Assembly: GCF_902652985.1 (NCBI RefSeq)
Contig: NC_047033.1
Coordinates: forward strand, 20,894,001-20,958,000
DNA: 64,000 nucleotides
Reading direction: 5' to 3'
Source of the DNA: Pecten maximus
Lineage: Eukaryota
The position numbers were made by a program, and so were the translations under genes. Under the pieces are notes generated by a model that did no database searches, had not been told where the DNA came from, and saw nothing but the letters and a program-made list of their open reading frames with translations. Every line of letters begins with the position of its first letter. Positions within the stretch are counted from its first letter, which is position 1. This document shows, piece after piece, positions 27,650 through 39,972 of this stretch.

Positions 27650-27975
27650 GAGCCGCGGAAAATATGTCATGCAAGCAATCGCAAACTGGTTTGTTTTCAA
27701 GAATGACGGATTGGCAACCAAAGCCGATCAGACACACTGGTTGCTGCCGCGAAGACAAAGAAACAACATGAATTGGTTGTCAACAAACCTATAATTTTCT
27801 GTTGAACATCCGGTGATGTAACTTGGCGCGCGTTTGACGGGTTCTCGTTATATTTTCAGATGTTCATTACAATCTTGTGAATAGTTGACGTTACTGAACA
27901 GATTTGGCGGAAATGGAGTGGAGATAAACCCACAAATGATGGTAAAGTTGAACTTGATAAACTTTTATATATATA
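27650..27975 (+). repeat. dispersed repeat, homologous to 55785-56245
   Basis: cggaaaatatgtcatg...cgcaaactggtttgtttt...gaatgacgga...caaagccg.tcagac.cactgg and cagattt..cggaaat shared by both copies. Confidence 0.75.
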
Positions 27976-29039
27976 AACAAAATATACAGAGACTTTAATA
28001 ATATATACACACTTTTGAACTATCTAACTTGTTGTTGGCTTGTTTCACATGATTTGAATAATTATAGCCACATTTTTCATTTTGAGTTATTTATGTAAGT
28101 GTACCAGTAAATTTTAACATGTTCCGTTTGTTTGATAATGTTTCGTTTTTACCCATTTTACTCTCTTTATTTGGTGATTTTGTTATACAATTTAGTGTTG
28201 GTGGGTCGTTAGGAATTAATTACGAACTAACTCGCCAGTTGTCAGTACAATGTGTCCGATTGAGGTGTCCTGCTGCAGTCCTTGTCAGTATGTTTCAGTG
28301 AGGTAGCACTATAAAGTCGGCTTCAGTTTGATCAGTTTAAACCATTATAAACATCTCATTATACAGAGTTACACTGTCTAAAGTTCGCGGTAATCTTCGT
28401 ATTCTCTATCACAACAACATGAAAGCTTAAGGTAAATAACTCTCGGATCATGCCAATCCCCTTTTTACGGTGGTTGCCATGATGTACTGTCATCAGTTAG
28501 GAATGTCATCCTGATTTCTATTTCTGTCATGGCCATATTGTATTACTCTATATAATGTCACTGCCATTAGGTGTCTAGTAACAATGAAATGTTGCAGGTA
28601 TCATTATTATCGTCATTTTTGCAATCCCAACACATAAAAGGAAAACATTGTTAAATAAATATTGATCTGGCATATCGTCATTAAAATTTAATTTAATGTT
28701 TTAAGTTGCACGTCAATAGGAATGAATAGGAGATGTATCAGTTTCCTTGACCATAGGCCGTGTAATGGTAACGTGCGTATTTGGTGTTTGATTGAATTTA
28801 TCTTCAATTCTATATTGAAAATGTCAGTAACAACAAAGATTTTTTTTTCCTTGGATAGAAAATTTGTCCGACCGTATCATAACGTTATATTTTATAGTTT
28901 TAATCACTATCAGGGGAAGTAATTTAACCGCAAATTGCTTTTAGAAATATCAAAATTCTGATTAGTGTCGAAAATTCTTGCAATTTACACAGGCACAAAA
29001 GCCTCACAAATGGATATCATCCTTGAATATGATTGCATC

Positions 29040-29410
29040 AAAAACGTTTTTTAGAGGCGGCCTACTCAATTTGCGAGACGCATGCTTATAATGTTCATTT
29101 GTTTGTGTTTTTGAACGCTGTTGTATGTTTGTGTATGTCTCCTTACGAAAGCGCGTAATTGATACCGTGTTTCTAGTGCTACTTACCTAAGGAATCCGAC
29201 AAGGCACTTCCCCAATTTTACATACTTTGAATAGAGTGTGTCTCGGCCAGAGGACTGAACAAACAGCCTTGCAAACAGAGGCGAACGCCCAACCGAGGTC
29301 AAAATGAGGCAAGTGCCACGCGATATATTCGAAGAAGAGTTAGCAAATTAGAAAAGAAAGAATATGAGGAAGCAGGTCCATAAGTAATACATGGTTAACA
29401 TCTTACAATA
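29040..29410 (-). mobile_element. Meta-type SINE (degraded, with part of the 5' extension)
   Basis: ctagtgctactt, tgtctcggccagaggactgaac, ggcgaacgcccaacc, aaatgaggc, then a purine-rich tract. Confidence 0.55.
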
Positions 29411-29414
29411 CAAG

Positions 29415-29572
29415 GAGGTTTTTTTTGGCGAGGGTTAGAAAAGACCAGCCTTCTCGCCTTTCGTCCCGAGCCAAAACCTAAATAGTTGCAGATTAAACAG
29501 AATACATGGTAAGTATCAGGACGAAAAGGCAATTTATTTCGTCTTTCCCAGTCCTCGGCAAAAAAAAACCCA
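29415..29572. repeat. imperfect hairpin (likely terminus of another hairpin-type element)
   Basis: ggttttttttggcgagggttagaaaagac...gcctttcgtcc vs ggacgaaaaggc...gtctttcccagtcctcggcaaaaaaaaacc. Confidence 0.55.
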
Positions 29573-32500
29573 TTGAATTCTTAGATACTAACAAGGTATT
29601 CTGTTTATCATGCAACTACCAGCAGTAGCTGAACTGCAAGTCAAACGAAGCAAAAGCGACCCGAGTTTAGATATTTGAACTGAACCGATGCTCCGCTGTG
29701 TCGCGTAGGAAAATATCATTCATGAGAACGACATTTTGTTCCTTCGGAAATGGCAAAGCGCTGTTACAATATAGTTCCGATCTTTTTATGTTGCTCCAAA
29801 GTGTTACTTCACGCGTGTGTATCAAAATATCGTCAATTAGTCAATCAAGTAAAAATGTAACATCTCAAAAAATGCTTGTCTATTACTAACAATACGTACA
29901 CATGTACGTGTGTAACTGTCAAGCTTTAATCCGATGCGCCGGAGGTGGTCTACGCAAACACACAAAACCAACTATGATGCCTTTACATAGGATATGAAGT
30001 GTTGCACCATAAAAAATGGCGTTGAATTGCGAGTTCGCTTTTTCAACAGTGCTTCTAGTGCTATGTACGGATGGAACACGCGTAAATAATGTCTTAGTTG
30101 TTTGTGTTATATTGTCGTCGATTTCTTTTTCTGGTGTAGATTGTTGGGGCATTTTCCTGGAATGTCGTGGAAGACGATAACAGCTGACGATTGTTGACAA
30201 AACACTGCTTTATCTGACAGTAGTTATCGGCTGATGAGTGAAGTGGTTGATACAATGTTTTGCTCTACCTGCAGGGCAATTAATACAATATCCAGTTTAG
30301 TGTTGTTTTATCCGTTTAGGTCTTGTCTTTGATGTTACATGTATGAGACTAAATTTTGATTGATGACGATACTTAATATAATTCAAAACAGTGTTCCAAA
30401 CCATCATTGGAAAAAAAAGTCCATAGACAAACGGTTTTACCTTCTGATAAAATTAAAATAGGCTAAATCCTTCTGGCGTTGATGCTATTATTCCTTTTGA
30501 ACTTGTATTACGGAGGAAATAAAGCTTTAGAATTGAGTTTGAGACCATCGGTAGATTCAATATAAAACGAGAACGTAAATGAGCATAGCACCAACACAAT
30601 CGTAATTTATATCTCTGTAAGTCTGTCAAAAATAATAACTTGAAAACTTATTGCAACCAGAAATCTTCAACTCCAGCGTCAATCATGAGCTACTTTCTGA
30701 TATTATATCAGCGGTAATTAAATTCCGCTAAATCATGATTGCGCTTACTTCAGGTTTGTCTATTCCTATTTATGGTACACCCATCGTTTATGCACCAATT
30801 CATCATTGCGCTCATCTAGTTCTTTCTCTCCCTGTGAACCTATACTTTTTGTTGATACATTTGTATCTTGCCCTAGTTTTGTCGAGTTTTGAGCTATTCG
30901 ATTTTTTGTTGATGAATGTGAAAAACACTGAAGATGCGATTCAGTAATAATCCGTCCTAGGATTTTATTCTTACATAAAGAAACATGAGTTAAATTAGCA
31001 ATAAGGGTTTGGTTGAGTGATCTTGTTAAATGTCCTATCAACTCGTGAAGGACATTTGACCCCTCAATATGCTTTCATTGAAACAAAACCTAAAATCAAA
31101 CTAAAAATCGATGAAACAGAGAAAACATGTACAGGATTATTCACAAAAACCACGATGACCATAAAGCTACCCCCAATCGATAATACGAGGTAACAATAGC
31201 TTCAGGGCTGTCGTTGCCGAAAGGAAAGGAGATTAAGATCATGAATTCTAGAATAATGTCTTCGTCTACGAAGTTCTACTATTTAAAACTAGGTTAAATA
31301 ACGTAATGCCACGACCTCTAATTGAAAACAGAGGAAATGATAATAAAATCACTAGGCATGCAAGTACCGTAAACACCTAACTTCTTGTTGTGCAAAGAAT
31401 TGAATTCTGCCATTGATACAATCATGACGAACATGTACCTAAAATTCGTCAATGTTTATCATCTCCTGTTCTATATGTTAGGCAGTTAGCGGTCGACATG
31501 AATCAAAGAAATGAAGAAATGGTAATAATATGAAGAAGCTCTGCAGTATAAAAATTGTGTTTCTGACCATACAGTATAGTTACACCTTGTATGTAAGGAT
31601 TATTACTGGACAACGTACATGTACATCCATCGTTTCCAACTAGACATTGTATATAATGCATCCACGTAGATTGTATATATGGTAAATCTAACCATACACG
31701 TGTGTGTTGTGTTCAGCTCACCAATCTAGCTCTGTTTAAACAAATCATCCATATATCAAGTGTGATGAAAAATAACCGATACGGGCCCGTTTGAATCGCA
31801 ATGTATGAGGTCACTTGTCAAACAAGATGTCTTGGGACTGATCATCTAATAATGAAAAATGTGACGGATCGTTTTCCGTTACGGTCTAAGTATGGTATCT
31901 CTTTCAATGATAAACTGGTACAAAAGACATTGGCGACATTTTCCACACATCGGTTTCTAGGACTAACGACAATGCATTACACTGGGTATATGTTTTATTG
32001 CCTGCAGATTTGGGGTTTTGTTTTGGTTGGAATTGTATTGTTTAACATCCATTTTATAGCTATGATAATTTAAGGACGGACTCCTCTGTATTCGAAACGT
32101 ATGCCTTTAATAAATTTTGATTTGCTTTCAGGGACGTAATGTCCTTGCAACAGCCAGTGTCATAAAGGATGGCAGACATTGATGCAGCTACAAAATGAAG
32201 ACAAGACAAAGCGCAGAAAGACGGAACAGCGAGTAAAGTAAGGATATGTTTGAGATCCCAAGTTTTACAATTATTGCGGACCTATTTTTGACTATCCGCT
32301 GTCCATATAACAGAAGACAAAGGAGAAACCTACCAGACCCCGCAGGTCACAAGTTAATGGCCCCATACAGCGATATACGTCGCTTGAGGAAATTTATAGT
32401 TATTGTTCCCATGAAATGTTGATAAACATATTAAAATTGAAACATGAATACCGGAAAATAGATATATCCTCTACAAAATGTCTCCGATGACACTGCCCCA

Positions 32501-33329
32501 CTTTTGGCATTTAGTTGAGCGTTCGCCCCTGTGCGCAGGGACAGAACCCAATGCCATCCGCACAGGGGCGAACATACTAGACAAGACATACTAGATTTAT
32601 AACAACAGGCCGATGGGCCCTATCGGATCTATACATATCGTACTCAGTAGCAGCATAGTGGAACTGACAACAAATGAGTTGATATTGGCCATCTTAGGTT
32701 ACTGAGTAATCTGAAAAATAAGAAGAAAGGACCATATCATGATCATTTCGGGAAAGTTAGAGCTTAATCCCACTGGGGATGCTTGAGAACAAGTTTGAAA
32801 TGTGACAAATTTACGGTTTTACGCATGGCGGACGACGCCTGTTGAAACACGATTGATATACATGTTGTAGGTCATCCTGACCCTTCGTATGTAATGATTA
32901 TCTCGTAAAAAGTAGGTCAAGTAATTTTACTTTTAATTTTGATTCGTTCCAAAATGTACCATAAAATGATTGAAGCTTTTGAGCAAACATGTAGTTTGCG
33001 AAAAATCGGTATGATCTTTCAGAGTACTTATAATATTCATTTTTGATAAAAACCTCAAAAAAAAGGATTATTTTTTAATGAAAAAGAGTGATAAATGAGA
33101 TACTTTCTGCAAGAATTTAAGTAGTGATATGGAGGGGACTTTATTGCATCCGTGTGTATGTAAGATGCAATCCGCAGGGTAAAAAAAAACATTGTCAAAA
33201 CTGGGTACTTAATGCTCATAATTATTTCCAAATTGGAATTAGCTTGTTCAATTAGTAATGTTTCCTCTTCGTACTTAGTACAATGCCTCAATTTTCACAA
33301 CTAAAAACATTGCAATTAATTTGGCTAAA

Positions 33330-33830
33330 GTAGTGATCGGCTCTGTCTCGGTGGTTCAAAGTGTCAAAAAGTATTTAAGAACATGACGTCTAATCCTGTT
33401 TCAGATTCCAGGAATTACTAGAAAAACAAAAATGCTGATCAGGCTGCTAGGGCAGCACTAAACCTTCATTAAAACGGAATTAAACTGCCATATTCACAAT
33501 TTAAACCATTGCTAACGAACCTGATTAAACTGTACCGGCAGGACCATTGATCACAAATGGTAAACTGCACGGTGTTCAATCTTTATTAGTACTTGTGAGG
33601 GTTGAGCAAATTGTTGACAGGAAGCTGTCCTCTCGCGTTTGCTCATTGACCGTACGTATATCAACCACATTTTACCAAAGGAAAAACCTCCAATTTTCAT
33701 ATCTACGATGAACCGATCAGCGTCAAGAATTTATGATTGAGTGCTCCGATTTCAAAGAGAAGTAAGACCTCTTAAAACGGTATGACTATGTAGTGTTAAT
33801 ACGATATAATTTGATATTATAAAATATATT
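33330..33830 (+). mobile_element. non-LTR retrotransposon relic (end of RNase H to C-terminus)
   Basis: NADQAARAALN...LPYSQFKP...KLHGVQ...EAVLSRLLIDRTY...EKPP...DEPISVK..IECSDF; same protein region as 26.7-27.5 kb. Confidence 0.7.
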
Positions 33831-35466
33831 TTGCAACCAGTTACTTTGATGTCAGTTGCTTTTTAGATTTTTACTTTTAAGATTTTAGTTAGAGTTTAAT
33901 GTGTTTCTGCCTTTGAACTTCCTTCCTATCTGTAGCTGCTGTTGTTGTTGCTTGCTCTTAACTGACTCCAATTGTAGATTGGCCATTAAACAAAACAATA
34001 TTATGAAGACTGGGTTCACTGTTATAGTTAGCTGAAGATTCGCTGTATAAGTGTATAGAGTCGTTAAGAAGGTCCAATCTAGACGGGATGTGTCTCTGTA
34101 GACAAATTAATATGGTATTAACCGTTGTGTTCTCGAGATTGGTTTAGGTTTGGTATTGCCTTATGTTCGTAATGTAATTAATGTTGACGTGTAAACACTA
34201 ATCAAATCGGAGAGGGGCGAGGAATATGCTGTGAAGATAAATGCTACAAAATTGTTTCACAAGGTACAATGGCAATATATTGAAAAACATTATAAAATTT
34301 CCTTTACAAACAGTTTAAAAATTATATTTAAACTATGATGTTCATCATTATCCTGCATGGTTATTTTTTATAATAAATCCACGCTCAACGCTTTTTTCAA
34401 ACCGATGAAGAAATCTTAAGATCTAACTGTATCCCCTTCCTGATATCATTGTGCCTTTCTAAGTAATTATCATGGCCTGTCGTTCATTTCCTGTATTGCG
34501 TTTTCTACGACCTCGTATCGACACCGTGGTTGATTAATTGTGTACACTCAGGATTTACATATTTTAAGAAACACAAATGCACACATTTACGAAAAAGCCG
34601 TACACTTTTATACAAATATTTATGTATTTCAATCAGCCTTTAACTCATGGCTGTCAAACCTACTCGATCAGATTATATAATCATAAATCATCTCTTATGT
34701 ACATTGAAATGTAAAAATCAGTCAGATTTTGCCATGCTTGAGTGAGCTAGTCATATCGTATTAAGATGGCAGCTATGTCAATAAGCTACATGCATTTCAT
34801 TAACCCGAAGTACGGCAATTACAAACGCCTTAATAGCTCTGATATCGCATCTGGTCGATGGAAGTCACTTGTTGCATAAACCATATATATCCTAAAAACT
34901 TTCAATAAATACATGAAGATGTCCGTCGTTGGAATGCTTAGTTCTGCCAAGCCCGTCGTTTCAAAAACATTTTCCTACCATTATCTGATGATGGTGGGCA
35001 ATCAAAATCATTCTTCATCCGTGATCCGTCCGACCACGCCTTCGTCTTAAACAATCTTTCACTATCTTGTGAGGTGCTGGAGGGATTTTTTTTCTCAATC
35101 TTCATATATTGATTTTCCTTTGTCCTTATTTGTGCCCGTTCAATTTTGGACCTGACCGGGGAAACAAACTGGCCGACAAGTTTGTTATCGATACGGTATC
35201 AACCGAATACCTTAACAAAGTCACTAGCAGAGTAATTTTAATCAGATTGATAAAAATTTAAATGTATCTCTCGTAAGATTCGTGCAACACTCAAAGTTGG
35301 TAACAAATTCATTTCTCAGATTTGGAAAAGAAATGTTTAATTTTAACATGAGATGTTGCAGGAGTACGTTTCTTTATTTCCTTCTATATAGCATTACGTA
35401 CATGTATATACGTTTATTATTAAGTAACAGCTGTACAACAAACAAAAGAGTCATTAGGGCAAATTG

Positions 35467-35470
<4 letters not shown>

Positions 35471-35509
<39 letters not shown>
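35471..35509. repeat. poly-G tract
   Basis: 39 consecutive G; explains the poly-Gly ORF 35282-35620. Confidence 0.95.
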
Positions 35510-35510
<1 letters not shown>

Positions 35511-35692
35511 GAAAAAAAAACATCACTACAAACAACCTAAAATGTAAAGTGGTTCACAAAAAAAATTTGAAACAGAAAAACATCAAAAAAAGTGTAAAAG
35601 ACCGATATAAATGCACATGAACATATGGTGTGAAATACCAATTAATGGCCTGGGATAGCTACGTTTATGTATATCGAATAGAAAATGCTATA

Positions 35693-36790
35693 CAGTGGAA
35701 CTTCGTTAACTAGAAGTCGACGGGACCACCAAAAAACTTCGAGTTATCCGAGTGTTCGGATTAAGCGAGTTATCGTTTTTGGTGAAAAGTTTGGTCAATA
35801 TTTGTCAACATTATATAATCATTATTAGTAGTTTTGCCGATATACAGTCACGATAAAGTTTCTTTCACTTAGTCACTTCAATAACGATCTGATGTGCAAG
35901 TCATGTTTGCAAAAGGTAAACGATAAAACGGAATTCGACAAGATAACAAGTTATTAATGTCAAAACAAATAACCGTTTAAGTTTAACACATATTGCATAC
36001 AAAACGTAACAGAACCATAACCTTTTATTGGACATATATAAAATACTGTTTGATCGGCCTACTAACTTTTTATTGATAACCACGCCATTTCCATGTGTAT
36101 TAGCACCGGAAGTTGGGCTGCGCATGTGCGTATAAAATGTTACTGTAACTGAGTTGGCGTTTTATCCGATTTAATAGACAGCACTGACCGTTACAGTTGT
36201 ACTCTGAACACCTCGGCAGTAATTACGCTATTGTTTCAGCAGTTTAAAGATTTAATAGGCGCCGGTGACTGTGTCATTTCTACACCTGTAAAAACATCAG
36301 CCGGGTAGGTCTACCGGTGTGTCAGAGATTAGTTCCGCTTGAGCGAACGGGTAGATGAGTTGTTGACTATCGTGTGTACTGATATCGGCGACCGCCTTGG
36401 GAAATTACCTGATGTGAGTAAAGCAGTACTTTTTATCACCAAGACTTGTTGTTATAAGATTCAACCGACAATTTCTTTTATGAATTTATGAAACGCTTAT
36501 AATAGCATGTAGGTTAGTAGTGCCGATATGTTCAGTATCACAAACGGAATTTAGCTCTTAAAAAATGTCGGCGTTTGCCACCGATCGACGAAAATTATAC
36601 TTCGAGTTATTCGAACATTTCAAGTAGGATTTTTATTGTTGGGATCAAATTTTTACTTCGTATTATCCGAGTTTTTCGAGTTATCCGAATTCGAATTTTC
36701 CGAGTTTTTTTTACTAAGATAAAGAGAGAATTCGCCGGGACCGGCGAGGTACTTCGAGTTATCCGAGTTCGAGTTAACGAAGTTCCACTG
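35693..36790. mobile_element. Tc1/mariner (pogo/Tigger-like) MITE, 1098 bp, intact ends
   Basis: TIR cagtggaacttcgttaactagaagtc / gagttcgagttaacgaagttccactg (24 of 26 matched); TA TSD at 35691-35692 and 36791-36792; subterminal ttcgagttatccga repeats; no transposase ORF. Confidence 0.92.
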
Positions 36791-37559
36791 TATATAAAAA
36801 TTATTAATAATTGTATTTTCCCATCTTACTGTAGTGCGTGTGTGGATTGTTGACTCTTCACCTTCAAAAAATCCCTTGATGAAAATACTGCGGTGACTTA
36901 ATTGTTTAAAATATCAAGAAAACAATCGCTTTCTTTAATTTGAAAGATCGAAACCAAAAGTAATCACAATCGAGCACAACCATTTAATTTTTTTTTTTTT
37001 TCAAAAACTCAGCAATTATTAACCGTACAATTCTTGCAATATCTAACGCATACGTATTGAACGGACGGAGCTAGTCTGGAAAGCTTAAAGACGTTTTCGA
37101 ATTTCATTTGCTATACAGTAATATTTAATATCTTTTACGTTTGATTCTTGTATATGTCACTCACAACACAAGATTAATATTATTAGAAATTGTAGCTTTA
37201 TCATGCATATCTATAGGAGATTCAAAATATTACTTCAGCTGACCTTGCCTTATACGAGACGCATTGGTTAACTCGATGTTGTGGAGTATGGCTCTTTAAA
37301 TTAAATCAAAGCCATCTCTCCATTTCCCGACATGTTCAACAAGAACATGAGAACTTGGGACCGCTGGTTAATGACCCAGACTACGTAAGCAATGAGCCAT
37401 GGAACTGGCAGCTGCACTCGAGCGTTTTCAATTAATTGAGTAGATAAACGAAAACAGCGTATTAATGGACAGTGCGATGTGTTGTCTTAGAGAATCTTCT
37501 GAAGTTCAAGCAAAGGAAATGGTCTGAATCACGTTCTTTTTCGCGCCTGATACCATTAC

Positions 37560-37890
37560 GTGAAAAATCATATAACACTGCATTTACCGGCGTGATTAAA
37601 CAAATTACCAGGCTACATTGACGAGGCTGTCCTTGGTCACATAGATATAATGCATGTCATGAGCCATTTACCGTTGAATACATCTTATTGGATTGTATTG
37701 ACCTACATTGATTGATCAGTGGTTTAAAGGCCGATCGACATCTTTGATCATATAGCGGCTCATAAGTAAAATGACATTGAACAAGTACGTAAAGTATTTA
37801 ACAACATACACTTTATCAATGTACAACCTACAGGGGACCATTTCTATAACAGTATATCGTGTCTAAGACTTCTTTTGAATCTGTTAACAT
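37560..37890 (+). mobile_element. non-LTR retrotransposon 3' relic interrupted by a short insertion
   Basis: ACHEPFTVEYILLDCIDLQ (CCHC knuckle) resumes after a 118-bp insert (37708-37825) flanked by acctaca direct repeats. Confidence 0.65.
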
Positions 37891-38319
37891 AAACAACATT
37901 TGTACCACAAGTTATGAGTACTATATACGTGAACGCGAGTGTACTGATACATCTTTGCATCGTTTAATGTGAATATTTATTTAACAATAATCAAACTGTC
38001 ATCCCGAAATATCGTTCTTCTTTGTTATTAGAACGTATCAAAACGAGGAAGACATTAAACTCCAGCATTTATACCACCATTTTCTTCTAACCGCTAGGTC
38101 GGAGACAAGGTAGTTGTATTTTGGCTATATCAAAATATTTTGATTAATGAGATACGGAGAAAGTCCATGCCTGGTTACAGACTCAGATAGGAGTTGTCAT
38201 TCTACACTCGCCCTGAAGGAATTGCGTAAAAATTGTATCTGTTGGCTCATCGCATGAAAGTAAGAGGCTACAAATTTGGTATCTTATTGTTTCTATTCTT
38301 TGTAATGTCTCCATTGATA

Positions 38320-39180
38320 CTGTCTCGCCCTTATCAGGGAGGCTTTGAATAGTCTGTCCTCTGGCCGAGACATACCATTTTCTACTGCTAAGCACTCAGT
38401 ATTTTAGAAGTGGGACGACTGGTTCGCCCGTCGTCTGTATAATGTGAAGGATGATCCTGCTAGATGCCTTCGGAAATATACATCTATGATGTGGCACTAT
38501 AAAGTCGCCATCACGTGCAGAAAAACACAAACATCTGGTGTGGTTTTATTTCTTTTACGTCCTACCAACAGCCAAGTTCATTTAAGGACGGCCTCCCGTG
38601 CATGTGACATGCATGCGTGTGGTGAGTGCGTATGTGTGTTTTGGGAGGCTGCGGTATGTTTGGGTTAAGTCTCCTTATTATAGTTCGAAACTTTTGCCAA
38701 TTTATATTGCTACCTAACTGAAGCATACTGCCGAAGACATCGAACAGAACAACCCACCCGGTCATATTACACTGACAACAGGCAAACTAGTCGTCAAACT
38801 CCAAAATGCTGAGCGCTAAGCAGGAGTAGCAGATAATATTTTTAATGACTGGTATGTCTCGGTCAGGGGACAGAACCAAAAGCATTCCTCACAGGGGCGA
38901 ACAAATTGAAGCCAAAAGTGAGGCATAATCAAGGAAGACATTAGGAAGAAGAAAGTTGTTAAGAAAGAAGAGAAAAGATAAGATTCCAAATTTAGTTGCC
39001 TTTTACGATCATGCAATGGGGGCAGCAGGTACAATTCTTACGACCTACATGCAGGGCAAAACACAAACATATTGTATGGCATCTTCCCAAAACATACATA
39101 TACACACATACATGCATCTCGTACACAGGCCGTCCTTAAATGGTCTTAGTTGTTGATAGACGGTAAACAATACCTAAACT
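38320..39180 (+). mobile_element. Meta-type SINE (host copy) split by an antisense SINE insertion
   Basis: Head and Meta part 38320-38534 and 3' part 39071-39180 (ggccgtccttaaatggtcttagttgttgatag) join across the TSD. Confidence 0.8.
38535..39057 (-). mobile_element. full-length composite SINE: 5' structured module, pyrimidine spacer, tRNA-like head, Meta-type domain, LINE-like tail
   Basis: 13-bp TSD aaaacacaaacat at 38522-38534 and 39058-39070; Meta-like core (minus strand) tgctactcctgcttagcgctcagcatttt. Confidence 0.88.
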
Positions 39181-39789
39181 AACGTCAGTCATCATCTTCG
39201 CATGTCCCCTCGAACATGACTGGCACTTCTCTGCCATCAGCCACAGAATCAAAACAAACTAATGACCTAGTTATTAAAGAATTATGAGATTATCTTTACA
39301 AAAAAACAATATGTTAGCATGGAATTTAAGCCTTAATGAAATATAATTCAAGAGAATTTTTTTGCGTGAGACAGGACAAATATATCACTGAGGATGACAT
39401 TAAACACGTCATGAGAATTTCCTTCGTTATCGTAAAGAGAGAAATACAGAAATATCCGGCGGGAATTAATTATTCCCGAGCAGTGTCGTTAATGCTTTAA
39501 GATTATAACACTGCATATACGGCTTTGTGTTAGTCGGAAGTGACACGGTATTATAGTTTTATATATACTGAGAGAAAGCTATGGCGTTTTTTTCCTTTAG
39601 GGCAAAAGAACAACTCCTTCAGGATGTAGACTGGAAATCGTAGCTATATGTTTTCTTCGTCTATATTGCCAATTAGACAATATATCACAATATTTGGGAT
39701 GACTTGGAACATCAGTATAACATCGCCAAAGGGATGGCAATGACCGATTTTGTCGTTTGTTATTTAACTTAATGATACTTCTCTTTCAG

Positions 39790-39972
39790 GGTCGATGGAT
39801 GATACGGTGGATATCGAATTTGAAAACGACCGAGTTCCGTCGAGCAGTGAAATGACTGGGAAGGCACTACCCAACTACGTGAGCTTTCTCCGGAAACTTG
39901 AAACAAGCGAACCCGGAGAGGGATCTTGGGTATATGAAACTTCAGGGTGTTTATTAACATGCCAACCGACAA
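39790..39972 (+). CDS. putative internal coding exon (183 nt, phase 1-1), product unknown
   Basis: Strong acceptor tacttctctttcAG, donor A|GTAAGA, length divisible by 3, only one of three frames open (SMDDTVDIEFENDRVPSSSEMTGKALPNYVSFLRKLETSEPGEGSWVYETSGCLLTCQPT), GC above flanks. Confidence 0.55.

Noticed and set aside
35282-35620. Gly-rich ORF
   Set aside because: Produced by a poly-G tract
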